From contig OZ024747.1 of NCBI GenBank assembly GCA_964016885.1, positions 60,884,001 through 60,948,000 of the forward strand: a stretch of DNA of 64,000 nt, given 5' to 3'. The position numbers and the translations under genes are program-made. The stretch comes from Eledone cirrhosa. Its lineage: Eukaryota. Shown piece after piece: positions 42,171 to 55,797 of the stretch (positions are counted from its first letter, which is position 1; every line of letters starts with the position of its first letter). Under the pieces are notes generated by a model. That model ran no database searches. It worked only from the letters and a program-made list of their open reading frames with translations, and had not been told where the DNA came from.

Positions 42171-42352
42171 TCGTGATATATATCATGGTGATATAATCAT
42201 GATGATATATATCATGGTGATATAATCATCATGATATATATCATGGTGATATTATCATGTTGATATAATCATGATGATATATATCATGGTGATATTATCA
42301 TGGTGATATAATCATGGTGATATTATCATGATGATATAATCATGATGATATA
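42170..42352. repeat. ~13-bp ATCATGGTGATAT minisatellite
   Basis: Seen directly. Confidence 0.9.
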
Positions 42353-42354
42353 TA

Positions 42355-43500
42355 GAGAGGGAGAGACGTGAGGTGTTCTGGATTGCGAGGCAGTGTGTCA
42401 GGGAAAATGATTATGCCAGCAGCAGGGAGAAGTATGTCCATGATGATAATGGAGTACTCACGCTCACTGATGCTGGAAAGAAGGTAGCATGGAAGTGCCA
42501 CTATGAAAGACAAAATGAGAAAAATGAATTGGAAGGAGATAGTTTGTCCCAAGTTGACCCAACAGATGGATCTGCTGTACAAGTTAGCTGTAGTATAGTA
42601 TGTAAGGCAATCAAGGGAATAAAGACAGGCAAAGCAGCAGGATCTTAGGGGATAGTTGTCAAGATTCTAAATGCATCTGGGATGGTGGGTCACATCATGG
42701 CTAGCCATATTATAAACCAAGTAATACAAAACAGTGTCATACTCAATGGCTGTCATAGCAGCAGCATCATAAACTACTACAAAAGCAAAGGAGATGCTCT
42801 AGACAGAGAAAACTATGGAGGAATCAAGTTGGTTGACCAGGTATGAAGGTCACAGAAAGAGTTATAGCACAGTTGATTGGGGCCTAAGTTAACCTAAATG
42901 AAATGCAGATTGGATTTGTACCAGATAAAAATACCATCATGGATGCTCTCTTCCTTGAGAGGCAACTGCTGGAGAAGTACCTAGCGAGAGGTAAACTCTT
43001 CTACTTAGCTTTTGTTGACCTGTAGAATGACTTTGACAGAGTCTCTCATTCTATTATATGGTGGGCTCTTAGAAAACGAGGAGTAGATGAGCAACTGCAG
43101 AGAGCAGTACAAGCCATGTACAGAGGAACAGTCAACAAAGGTTAGAATTAACAATGACATTACTGAAGAATTAAGCATGCAGATAGGTGTTTATCACAGT
43201 TAAGTTCTTAGCCCTCTCCTGTTTATCATCATCCTACAAGCTATGCAGGCGTTTAAGACTAACCGGCAACCCATGAGACCTCTTATATGTTGATGACCTA
43301 ACTCTCATAGATGAATCTGTTGAGGAATTATAGAAGAAATTCCAGATTTGGAATCAAAGGTCCTCAAAGTATACCTAGTGAAGATTAAGTGCTAGTATGT
43401 AAACAAGAAAACAAAGAAATGGACATGCTCATTATACAAAATGGTAGCATTTCCATTCAGTATACAGAATGTAAACTATGGGCAAGTAATAGATGTAGCA
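42355..43500 (+). pseudogene. Degenerate RTE LINE reverse transcriptase
   Basis: EVFWIARQC...AWKCHYER...KAIKGIKTGKAAG, KGDALDRENYGGIKL, YLAFVDL..DFDRV, VLSPLLFIII, YVDDL; many stops and frameshifts. Confidence 0.9.
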
Positions 43501-43819
43501 GGATCTATGTGTGTGTATATATATATATATATCAGAATGGAGGCAGTAAAAACCACTTGGACCATTACTCACCAGAGTACTTGATACTTGGGGTAGTAGA
43601 GTGGGTAATATGAAAAATTCAGGACCGTGACAGCTGTTACCTCATTGGCCCGGCAAACCAAAGCTGTGGGGTCCTGTCCCATTTACATCAATGCTCATGC
43701 TTTTTTTCCATTCAGAGGGTTTTTTTTTTATTCCAATAAAGAGACTAATTTATTTAGTCAAATACAGCATAAGCACATGTTATTAGCTATTTGTCAAATC
43801 TTCGCTGTTTATTATATAT

Positions 43820-44655
43820 ATTTGTTTTGCAAGGTTTTTTATATGAATTCATGTGTTGAACCAGAGATTGTTATATTTGGGGAGGGTCATGTTGTTATAA
43901 TAGTTTTATAATGTGTAATAAGTAGACTAAGTCCACAAATAAATTGTAAAACTAAAACTGTAGTCTATACATAAGATGCACAGAGGGTGCCTGCAGAAAC
44001 ATGACAGCGATATACATAGGAGAGACAGCTTGTAGAAATATATGGACATGCCAGACTAAGACATGATGGTAATATAGACAACATAGAAATTAAAATAATA
44101 TCTAAACATAAGATTGACTCCACAATCAAACAAATTAAGAAGCTACAGAAATAGAATTAAGAAAACCTAAGCTGAATAGAAAGTATGAATGGAATAATAT
44201 CAACCATACACAAACACATGATAGTGATCTAAGATAAATATAAATATACACAGATGTAATAACAACACCCACTCATAAACACACACTAATGACCAAAGGT
44301 AGAATATAAACACACACCAAACAGAATAAACAGAATGCATACACACAAACACATGTTCAAACAGAGACATAAATAAATAAATGACTAAATAAAATAGGAT
44401 AGGAAAACATTATAGGAATACAATGGGGGGAAACATAGAAACATCACTGATGATGTCACAGTTGTGTGATGAAAAACTCTGAGAAACTATATTTATATTT
44501 ATATTTTTTAACTGTTGGTCATTCATTGATAAACATAATTGCCAGCTGAATTTATGGAAATATAAAGATATACTGAAGTGAAAAGCAAGAGAGTGTATTT
44601 CACTATATTTTTCTGGCAAAATTATAAGAAGATGACCCTCCCCAAATATAACAAC
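43820..44655 (+). mobile_element. Old 5'-truncated Penelope-like element (family P3) with inverted pLTR fragment
   Basis: GIY-YIG remnant VVY/IRCTEGACRNMTAIYIGET...EATEIELRKPKLNRKYE at ~43950-44190; degenerate CTGATGA (44447-44453)...GAAA; inverted ends 43866-43905 / 44615-44655. Confidence 0.7.
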
Positions 44656-44921
44656 CATCATCATCATCATTATGTCCGCTTTTCTCTGCTTGCAAGGGTG
44701 GGACAATGTATATATATATATATTTATGATATATATATATGATGTGTATATATATAAATCATCATCATCATCAATATCATCATCACCGTTTTACGTCCGT
44801 TCCACAATGTGGAACCATATATAAGTGAAAAGTAAGCTCCTGGCCTTTATGGAAGCTCAGCAACCCTGCTTCACTACTGACTCAGTCTGTGAAGACCCAT
44901 CCAATCCTTGATAGCAGGGAA

Positions 44922-45370
44922 ATCATCATCATCATCATCATCACCGTTTTACGTCCGTTCTTCCACGCTAGCATGGGCTAGATGGGTTGTCCTGTTGTGG
45001 GCAGTGTCCAGTCGGCTGACCTTGTCTTGCTCATACGGGAACTGATTCTGGCTAGATTTCTACAGCTGGATGCCCTTCCTAACACCAACCTCATTTACAG
45101 TGAGTGCTGGGAACTTTGTTTTCCGTGGTGCCTACGCGTCCAGTTTATAGTGTGGGCTGGGTGCTTTTTTGCCGTGGCACCTCCATGACCACTTTGCAGT
45201 GGAATGATAGGGACTGGGGTCCCTATCATCTCATTTCTACAGTTGAGTAAACTGGAGTAATATGAAATAAAGTGTCTTGCTCAAGGAAACAACACATCAC
45301 TTGGTCTGAGAATTGAACTCAATGTTTCGATTGCAAGCCCAATGCTCTAACTACTAAGTCATGCGCCTTC
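44922..45370 (-). mobile_element. SINE family B, full length
   Basis: Reverse complement of 58542-58939 with one extra internal 48-bp-type unit. Confidence 0.9.
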
Positions 45371-45383
45371 ACATATACATGTG

Positions 45384-45437
<54 letters not shown>

Positions 45438-46574
45438 TATAAATATATATTTATATATATATATTTATATATATATATATACATATATATATATAATCTT
45501 ATTTCATATAGAAATTACATCTTTACCTCCTCTACTAATGTACAGAGTATGTAATTGTGTTATTTTTCTGTTTCTCTTCAGAAATCCATTCTTAATTATA
45601 TATGCACTACAGACATAACCCCCCATGTACACACACATATACACCCACACTCATAGATATATGTGTGTATACGTATACATACACATACACACATACACCC
45701 ACACTCATTGATATATGTGTGTATACGTATACATACACATACACACACACTCATTGATATATGTGTGTATACATAGATATATAAAACACACTAACCCTCA
45801 GATCATATCATTAACAGTAAACTGAATTAAAGGATATTTCTAGAATGTCACAAAAGTGTTTTAAAAGACAAACAATTTGTGGTTGTGTTTTGATTTTTTT
45901 TCTACAAGAGAGATGGGGTGAGAGAAGAGAAAAGAAATAAAGATAGACAGAGAGAGGGGGAGAGAAATGAAAATAGAGCAAGAAATGGTGGAGAGATTTG
46001 GTTTATAGAAATATCTTGGATTGCTTCAAAATAACATTTTTTACCTCCCTTCTCAGAGCTTACCTATTTTTTCTGGTCTTGATAATATTTTGTTTCATTG
46101 AACAGTAAAATAGATGAAAAACAAACTAATAACCACCTATATATTACACACATTTATATGTCATCATCATCATCATCATGTCCCTTTTTTCCACACTTGG
46201 ATGGTTATATGTGTATATATATATATATGTATGTGTATGTATGTGTCTGTATTTATGTCTGTGTATATATGTGTGTGTATATATATATGTGTGTGTGTGT
46301 GTATATATATATATGTGTGTGTATGTGGTGTGTGTGTGTGTATATATATATATATATGTGTGTGTGTATGTGATGTGTGCATGTATATATGTATATATTA
46401 CACATATATTTCTTACAAAGACAGTACCTCACCACACCACTTCTGCTTATTTCACTTCATTCACATTCTCCTTACTCATGCTAACATACAAAGATGGTTG
46501 TATTCTCCCATTCTATTTAAACCATGTCAACATAAAACACATAAGCTGAATATGTGAACTGAGCATGATCTCCT

Positions 46575-46855
46575 ATCTGGTCTAGTCACAGAACATGGCA
46601 ACCTATCAATCCAGAAATGCTTAGGAAATAGATCTTGATCTTGGGTCTGCCCTAGTCACAGAACATGGCAACCTATCAATCCAGAAGTGGTTGGGAAATA
46701 GATCTTGATCTCCAGTCTGCCCTAGTCTCAGAACATGACAACCTATCATCAGTCCAGAAGTGGTTGGGAAATAGATCTTGATCTTGGGTCTGCCCTAGTC
46801 TCAGAACATGACAACCTATCAGTTTAGGATGGCTTTGGAAATAGATCTTGATCTC
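46575..46855. repeat. ~70-bp tandem repeat, 4 copies
   Basis: GTCACAGAACATGGCAACCTATCAATCCAGAAGTGGTTGGGAAATAGATCTTGATCTTGGGTCTGCCCTA. Confidence 0.9.
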
Positions 46856-46912
46856 CTCTCTGAGCTTAATTGGAGTCTTAATTTTTAAAAAATATATATA
46901 TTTATTTGGTTC

Positions 46913-46948
46913 CTTTACCGGTTTCGCAGTTCTTCTGCTTTTCAAAAG
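46913..46948 (-). ncRNA. Minimal hammerhead, U3-A8 variant (mirror copy)
   Basis: Reverse complement of 47005-47040. Confidence 0.65.
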
Positions 46949-47004
46949 TAGAGTTGAGATGGAGGGTCTGTGGTTTTTCTCACAGACCCTCCATCTCAAC
47001 TCTA

Positions 47005-47040
47005 CTTTTGAAAAGCAGAAGAACTGCGAAACCGGTAAAG
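47005..47040 (+). ncRNA. Minimal hammerhead, U3-A8 compensatory core variant
   Basis: CTT TTGAAAA GCAG AAGAA CTGC GAAA CCGG TA AAG; palindromic ACCGGT stem III. Confidence 0.65.
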
Positions 47041-47109
47041 GAACCAAATAAATATATATATTTAAAAAAAAATAAGATTCCAGTTGCATTTTCGATTTCA
47101 TCTTTTTTT

Positions 47110-47148
<39 letters not shown>

Positions 47149-47176
47149 ATCAAAAGATGGTTAAATGAGTTCCGTG

Positions 47177-47247
47177 TATTTTATTATGCGCATTTCAAAA
47201 ACAAATATCATCATGCAATAACATTTGTGTTTTCATCAGATAAAATA
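47177..47247 (-). ncRNA. Type I hammerhead ribozyme, intact core
   Basis: TATTTTAT CTGATGA AAACACAAATG...TATTTGTTTTT GAAA TGCGCA TA ATAAAATA; 8-bp stem I. Confidence 0.8.
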
Positions 47248-47362
47248 GGAAGACATGATATGAAGGTTAAAAACACTTGTGGATAGTGCAGTTTTAAATC
47301 CACATATGTTGATTTAAAACTGCACTATCCACAAGTGTTTTAACCTTCATATCATGTCTTCC

Positions 47363-47433
47363 TATTTTATCTGATGAAAACACAAATGTTATTGCATGAT
47401 GATATTTGTTTTTGAATTGCGCATAATAAAATA
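47363..47433 (+). ncRNA. Type I hammerhead, mirror copy with GAAA>GAAT
   Basis: CTGATGA 47371-47377; GAAT 47414-47417; TGCGCA TA ATAAAATA. Confidence 0.6.
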
Positions 47434-47618
47434 CATGGAACTCATTTAACCATCTTTTGATCTTATATATTATGTATACTCCAGTCCTACAAACTGTAGA
47501 GTGCTTCTTATCCGATATCTGCATTGCTTTATTGTACTACAATAAAACTCACCTCCTACATATATATATATATATATATACACATGTATATATATATATA
47601 CATGTATATATATATTTG

Positions 47619-47663
<45 letters not shown>

Positions 47664-47753
47664 CTGTATATGTATGTGTATATAAATGTATGTGTATATA
47701 TATGTATGTGTATGTATATATGTGTGTATATATATATGTGTGTGTGTGTATAC

Positions 47754-47784
<31 letters not shown>

Positions 47785-47894
47785 TATATGTATGCATGCA
47801 TATTTTAGTCTATAAATAATGAGTTGATTCTCTTTCAGAGTCAGTATACTTCCTAGGATTTCTATTTATCAGATATTTCTATCTAGAAAATAAC

Positions 47895-47927
<33 letters not shown>

Positions 47928-48495
47928 ACTAAACAGACAACTGCTTCATTTTCTCTTGTCATTCCCCTTCACCTAGTGTACTTGATTGCTCTGAACCTTC
48001 ATCACCACCACCACCAACACCTCAACCACCATCATCATCGCCATCATCATCATCATCACCATTGTTGTTGGTGTTGTTGTTGTTACTATTGTTGTTGTTA
48101 CTATTACTAGTTGATGTTGTTGTTGAAAATCAATGTTGTTTGAACTTGAAATGTTTCCTATCATCCTCTCTGTGTCTACTGTGTTTCTGGTCCGTCCCCC
48201 CCCCCCCCCCCGGGGGGGACTGAGGGATGGGGGGTGGCATTTGTTGATGAAATTACATTTTAGGTTTATATAAAGAAACCCAAATGGAAAAATAGAGAAA
48301 AAAACATAAATGGAAAGTAGTGAAACCATTACACACATACATGAACACACACTCCCTCTCTCTCACCCATGTATATGTTATTGCTGTCTCTCTCTCTCTC
48401 TGTATATATATTTATATATATGTGTATATATATAACCCATGCTAGCGAGGAAGAATGGACGTAAAACGGGGATGATGATACACATGTATATATAT

Positions 48496-48686
48496 ATAGG
48501 AAAATGTATGACCCCGACGGCAGAGCTCAAGCCGTTTCGACAGCTACTTCTGAAATAGCTGTCGAAACGTCTTGAGCTCTACCGTCCGGATCATACATTT
48601 TCCTATTACCCACTCTACTACCCTAAGTATTGAGTACTCTGGTGTGTTATGGTCCATCTGGTTCCCTACCACAACTCCTTCATTAT
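48496..48686 (+). mobile_element. Fold-back element family P1 (arms 48496-48606) plus tail, TA-flanked
   Basis: Homologous to 21596-21804; half-hammerhead GAAACG...CCGTC. Confidence 0.75.
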
Positions 48687-48689
48687 ATA

Positions 48690-48699
<10 letters not shown>

Positions 48700-48722
<23 letters not shown>

Positions 48723-49396
48723 GAAATTATTGTGTACAGTGCTCAGGTGCACAACAACTCATCAAAGGTGCATGTATAGTACATAGAACAATGTACAAAT
48801 GTCAGGAAAATAAACAGTGTATGAGTCATGATATAATAACAATAACAATAATGAAATATTGTGTACAGTGCCCAGGTGCACCACAACCCATCAAAAAAGT
48901 GCACGCACAGTACATAGGGCAATGCACAAACATCAGCAAAATGAACAGTGCACGAGTCATGACACACACATGTGTGCATGTGCATGGAAGGGGTACATCA
49001 GGTGCAGCCTTGGCGTACCTCGGGAAGCATGAGTGTCTTAAAGGATGCAGTGTCTCGGCAGCTAACAATTGACGCAGGCAGTTTGTTCCATGCTTCAGCA
49101 ACTCTGAGCGTGAAAAAATGTCTGCGAAAGTCATGGGAGCTGTGTTGTTTTCTTATCTTGTAGGCATGTCACGTGTGTTAGACACATGGAGATCAAAGAG
49201 GCGCTCAGGGTTGCAGTTGGCGAGATGGTTAAAAACTTTGTGGGTATTCACCAAGTCCATTGCCAGACGTCGGAGCTTCAATGAATCCATGCCCAGGGAA
49301 GCAAGGCGTTCAGAGTATGGTAGGTGTCTGATGGAGGGTATGCGCTTGGTTGCACGTCTCTGAACAGTTTCCAGGAGGTCAATGTTCCGAGCAAGA
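48700..49396 (-). mobile_element. 5'-truncated CR1-group LINE with a tandemly duplicated 3' UTR
   Basis: LLETVQRRATKRIPSIRHLPYSERLASLGMDSLKLRRL...HFFTLRVAEAWNKLP; two 3' UTR/(TTA)n ends at ~48720-48830 and ~48850-48960. Confidence 0.9.
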
Positions 49397-49539
49397 TAGA
49401 TATATAAGCAAAGAGTTATTTAATTTGTTGGTTATTCAACAAATTTATTTATAACAGATTCAAAGCATGCTACAAATTTCTTCTTGAGTATAATATCAAT
49501 AATATTAATAAATGGAAACTATCTTTATAAAACCATATT

Positions 49540-49601
49540 TATTTTATTATATATATTTCAAAGGTACCAACATTTTGGGTACGCCCTCATCGGATAAAAT
49601 A
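49540..49601 (-). ncRNA. Type I hammerhead, CCGAUGA core variant
   Basis: TATTTTAT CCGATGA GGGCGTACC...GGTACCTTT GAAA TATATA TA ATAAAATA; 8-bp stem I, palindromic stem III. Confidence 0.7.
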
Positions 49602-49631
49602 CAAAAGTTGTTTTATATATCCCCCAAAAAG

Positions 49632-49687
49632 AACTTATCGTTTTAAGTTCTGTTTGAATATTCAAACAGAACTTAAAACGATAAGTT
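49632..49687. repeat. Perfect 56-bp palindrome just 5' (minus strand) of the hammerhead
   Basis: AACTTATCGTTTTAAGTTCTGTTTGAAT|ATTCAAACAGAACTTAAAACGATAAGTT. Confidence 0.9.
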
Positions 49688-49781
49688 TTGTTATGTAGAT
49701 CTAACATAACAAAATTGTAAAATTATAAAATTAAATTGTTTAGAACACCAACTACAAATGAAGTCATTCTTTTCTTTTTTT

Positions 49782-49830
<49 letters not shown>

Positions 49831-50098
49831 TCTCCAAGATGGCCAACTGAATACGCACGTATTTTTTTTCTTCACCTTCCTTTTCTCATTTTCCCTATTC
49901 CTTCTTCTTATTACTCTTTATTTTCTATTTATCTTCTATTTTTAACTTTATCGTTTGATGAAGTACTAGTGTCCACAACGTTAAGACTCTCTTCCTGTTA
50001 TTTCAAGCATTAAACTAATATATTTCTTCTATGTACTGTGCTGTTAGTTTTGCTATTTCAGTTTACCTTTTACACACACACACACATATATATATATA

Positions 50099-50369
50099 TA
50101 GATAAGTTATTCCGGGTTGAATCAGAGGTAACCACAGTAAGTAAGGTACTCAATACATAGCAGAGTATAAAGTTTTAATATAGAAGAGCTACAGGACTAG
50201 AACTGTTTCATTCATGAGAAATCATCAGGAAGCTTCCTGATGATTTCTCATGAATGAAACAGTTCTAGTCCTGTAGAAGCTCTTCTATATTAAAACTTTA
50301 TACTCTGCTATGTATTGAGTACCTTACTTACTGTGGTTACCTCTGATTCAACCCGGAATAACTTATCTA
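50099..50369. mobile_element. Loop-less ~270-bp palindromic element centred at 50232/50233
   Basis: Arms identical except a 3-nt indel; related single-arm copy at ~54105-54213 (-). Confidence 0.9.
50231..50281 (+). ncRNA. Type I hammerhead ribozyme
   Basis: AGCTTC CTGATGA TTTCTCATGAAT GAAA CAG TTCTAGTC CTG TA GAAGCT; predicted cleavage after A50275. Confidence 0.8.
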
Positions 50370-50574
50370 AAGGTAAACAGAAATAACAACACAATCAGTA
50401 CAGTATATGGAAGGGATATATTAGGTAAACACTTGAAATAGTGGGAAGCGGGTGTTAATGTTTTGGATGCTAGTCCTTCATCAGAAGAAAGAATGAGAAA
50501 TTAGAAAGATTGAAAGGACGGGCTGGGGTGGAATTGGAAAAATGTCTTTAGATAAAAATAACAGGTCCATTCAT
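50370..50574 (-). mobile_element. Family P2 element with a degenerate minimal hammerhead
   Basis: Minus strand TCTT CTGATGA AGGACTAGCATCC AAAA CATTAA; same boundaries as 11405-11620. Confidence 0.7.
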
Positions 50575-51426
50575 GTTGCCATGCAATAATTGTTTCTACT
50601 TTTGGTTCAAGGCCAGCAATTATCCCAGTGCATTACTGGTGCTTTATTTCATTGACCCTGTAAGGATGTAGAAGTTATACTTGTCTATAGCCTCTGAAAC
50701 GGAAGAGATTAATACTATAGATGTTCTCCATTAAAACTGTTGCAAGTTCCCTTATTCTGTAAAGGAATGAGCAAGGAGGGAACTCTGGAGGAATAATATT
50801 CTGGGCAGGAAAAAGTTGACATAGTGGTTGGTGGTGGTGGCAGTGGTGGTGACAGGGTGGCAGCGGTGGTGGTGGTGGTGGTGGTGCTGGTGGCGATGGC
50901 GGTAGGCCACCAGATGGAGGATGAGAGGAAGAGAGACATGCCAATGATCCAATTAATTTTAATTTTTTTGGTGTGTAAACATCTGGTTTCTTCATGGAAG
51001 AGATAAGATTGACTGCAGGCAACTAAAGTTGGAAGTAAATTCAATATATGTAAGTATATTTAGTTATTTCTGTGATGAAAGACTTTTGTTAAATATCCAA
51101 GAGAGAGAGAGGGAGATAGAGACATAGATGAGGAGAATTGAGAGGATGAAAGAGGAGAGGGTGAAGGAAAGAGAGAGAGTGAGCGAGAGACAGCAAGGTC
51201 AGTAATCATTTCAACCTTTTTTTGGAATCTTACCAGATCCAATACAGCTAACGTTTAAGGCTCACTTATTTCAACATAAGTAACCTAAAAAAATTGAAGT
51301 TTTACATAACAAATGCTTCAGTATTTCACCTGGCTGCCTCTTCTATGAGTTCAAATCCTGACAAGTTTAACTTTGTCTTTCATGCTTTTAAAATTGATAA
51401 ATAAAATACCATTTCAGCACTGGGGG

Positions 51427-51740
51427 CAAGGCCAGATTTAATGTATGGCAATGGAGGCAATAGCCTTGGGCCCTATGCAGTCAGCGGGGGTACACCAGCA
51501 ACATCCGTAGTAATTTATTATTACCCTCAACTAGGTTTTAGTGTTTAGGATGGTTAGAATTTTCTAATTTAATACCTGTATGTATAACTTTTCAATTCTA
51601 ATTACTTGCACCAAGCTAACTTTGATGTGTAAAATTACGGGGGGGGGGGGGGGGGGCTGTGTATTCTAGTATTTTGTGTATGAAGCAGCCCCCCAAACCA
51701 GTAGTATCCTGGGCCCACCCAAGGTCTAAATCTAACTCTG
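51427..51740. mobile_element. hAT-like MITE inserted in a SINE A remnant (51345-51426)
   Basis: TIRs CAAGGCCAGATTTA / TAAATCTAACTCTG; imperfect 8-bp TSD ACTGGGGG/ACTGAGGT; second copy at 59714-59937. Confidence 0.65.
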
Positions 51741-52044
51741 ACTGAGGTCGGTTTTTTTTTCTCTCTTTTTATCTACCTTTTTCTGTCCATCACTGGATGT
51801 CATTAACTTTGTTTACACCTGGAGAGGGGATGAATTCTGTCAGGTGTAAAAAATATTCAAGAAACGCCATGACAGGACAGTGCCCCCTACAGCTCCATCA
51901 GAAATTTGGGGCCCTTTATCTTTTAACTTAACAAAGGCATCGTCTATTGGTTATTAATTTGCATTTGCACCAATGAGGGCTCAGGTTCATTCCTACTATT
52001 CAGCAACTTGATAAGTATCTTTTAACATATACTCAGGGTAAGCC

Positions 52045-52065
52045 ATATGTGTGTGTGTGTGTGTG

Positions 52066-52108
<43 letters not shown>

Positions 52109-52208
52109 CTGTCTGTGTCTCTCTCTCCTCTCTCTGTGCGTGTGTAAATATATATTGTTGTTTTTAGAAGAGGTACACCATATCTCTTCATGCCATAAGA
52201 GTCAAGCA

Positions 52209-52254
<46 letters not shown>

Positions 52255-52418
52255 ATGCTTGTGTATGTGTGTGTGTGTGTGGGGGTGTGGGTGTGCGCGT
52301 GTGTGTATGCATATGTAAATATGTATGACGGGGGTTTTTAGAAGAGGTACACCATATCTCTTCATGCCATAAGAGTCAAGCAATGTGTGTGTGTGTGTCT
52401 CTCTCGCTCTCTCTCTCA

Positions 52419-52497
<79 letters not shown>

Positions 52498-52605
52498 CAT
52501 GCGTGCCTATGTAAATATGTATGACAGGGGTTTTTAAAAGAGGTACACCATATCTCTTCACAAGCAATGTGTGTGTCTCTCTCTCTTTCTGTCTCTCTCT
52601 CTGTC

Positions 52606-52644
<39 letters not shown>

Positions 52645-52735
52645 GTGCACATGCATGTGTGCATGCGTGCATTATGTAAATATATATCCTGGCTTTTAAA
52701 AGAGGTTCACCATATCTCTTATCATGCCACAAGAG
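52045..52735. repeat. Four tandem ~180-bp units with embedded (TG)n/(CT)n tracts
   Basis: Recurring TTTTAGAAGAGGTACACCATATCTCTTCATGCCATAAGAG. Confidence 0.85.
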
Positions 52736-52974
52736 ACAATTAAAGGGGTTGACATCAGGAAGGGTATCCAGTTGTAAAACATGTCTGCAAACATCCTGTC
52801 CAACCCATGCCAACAAGGAGGACCCACTCTGTTCTTACAAAATGTCAATTGTTTCTGTTGTTAAAGAGGTGTTCAGGGAATGTGAATCCCTGATGAGCAG
52901 TTAATAGATGAAACAATGCGCATTTAGTAAAACAGGAAGCAATAAATATAGTATCCTCTGTATACCATTGGGAT

Positions 52975-54092
<1,118 letters not shown>

Positions 54093-54213
54093 CCCAGGTC
54101 CCATCGGGGGTAACCAGAGTAAGTAAAGTACTCAATCCATAACAGAGTATAAATATTTAATATAGAAATAGCTTCTACAGGACTAGAACTGTTTCATTCG
54201 GAAGAAATCATCA

Positions 54214-54576
54214 TACACACACACACATACTTACACAACACACACTAAGACACAATATAAATAACACACACACACACCCACACTTACACAACACACACTA
54301 AGACACAATATAAATAACACACACACACACACATACTTACACAACACACACTAAGACACAATATAAATAACACACACACACACACACACACACTTACACA
54401 ACACACACTAAGACACAATATAAATAACACACACACACACACACACATACTTACACAACACACACTAAGACACAATATAAATAACACACACACACTTACA
54501 CAACACACACTGAGACACAATATAAATAACACACACACACACACATACTTACACAACACACACTAAGACACAATAT

Positions 54577-54617
<41 letters not shown>

Positions 54618-55685
54618 TTACACAACACACACTAAGACACAATATAAATAACACACACACACTTACACAACACACACTGAGACACAATATAAATAACACA
54701 CACACACACACATACTTACACAACACACACTAAGACACAATATAAATAACACACACACACACACACACACATACTTACACAACACACACTAAGACACAAT
54801 ATATATAACACACACACACACACATACTTACACAACACACACACACATACTTACACAACACACACTGAGACACAATATAAATAACACACACACACATATA
54901 CACATACTTACACACATACTTACACAACACACTGAGACACAATATAAATAACACACATACACACACACACATACTTACACAACACACACTAAGACACAAT
55001 ATAAATAACACACATACGCACACACACATACTTACACAACACACACTGAGACACAATATAAATAACACACACACACACACATACACACATACTTACACAA
55101 CATACACTGAGACACAATATAAATAACACATACACACACACACATACACACATACTTACACAACACACACTGAGACACAATATAAATAACACACACACAC
55201 ACACATACACACATACTTACACAACATACACTGAGACACAATATAAATAACACATACACACACACATACACACATACTTACACAACACACACTGAGACAC
55301 AATATAAATAACACACACACACACACATTCACACATACTTACACAACACACACTGAGACACAATATAAATAACACACACACACACACACATACTTACACA
55401 ACATACACTGAGACACAATATAAATAACACATACACACACACACATACTTACACAACACACACTGAGACACAATATAAATAACACACACACACACACATA
55501 CACACATATTTACACAACACACACTAAGACACAATATAAATAACACACATACACACACACACATACTTACACAACACACACTGAGACCCAATATAAATAA
55601 CACACATACACACACATACACACACACACATACTTACACAACACACACTGAGACACAATCTAAATAACACACACACACATATACA
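54214..55685. repeat. Minisatellite with a constant core and variable (CA)n
   Basis: ACTTACACAACACACACT(A/G)AGACACAATATAAATAAC(AC)n. Confidence 0.95.
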
Positions 55686-55797
55686 CATGCAGATACAATT
55701 ATACATAGACATAACTTATACAGAACATACATAGAACAGACACACAGACACAGAACAGAGAGATGTGCAGCCAGAGTGTACTGACATATATATACAG

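Larger units (their letters stand above)
46870..47112 (+). mobile_element. Fold-back element, ~100-bp arms, 8-nt loop (46973-46980), short tail
   Basis: Direct reverse-complement match; mirrored ORFs in the track. Confidence 0.9.
47143..47558 (+). mobile_element. Fold-back element, ~160-bp arms (47143-47470), ~90-bp tail, TA-flanked
   Basis: Direct reverse-complement match around centre ~47305. Confidence 0.9.

Noticed and set aside
50675-51044. Pro/His-rich ORFs
   Set aside because: Driven by a (GGT)n microsatellite
51225-51270. Possible minus-strand micro-exon (AG...GTAAG)
   Set aside because: No polypyrimidine tract or coding support; expected by chance
54214-55685. CRISPR-like constant repeat with variable spacers
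   Set aside because: Spacers are only (CA)n length variants; eukaryotic context; no cas genes
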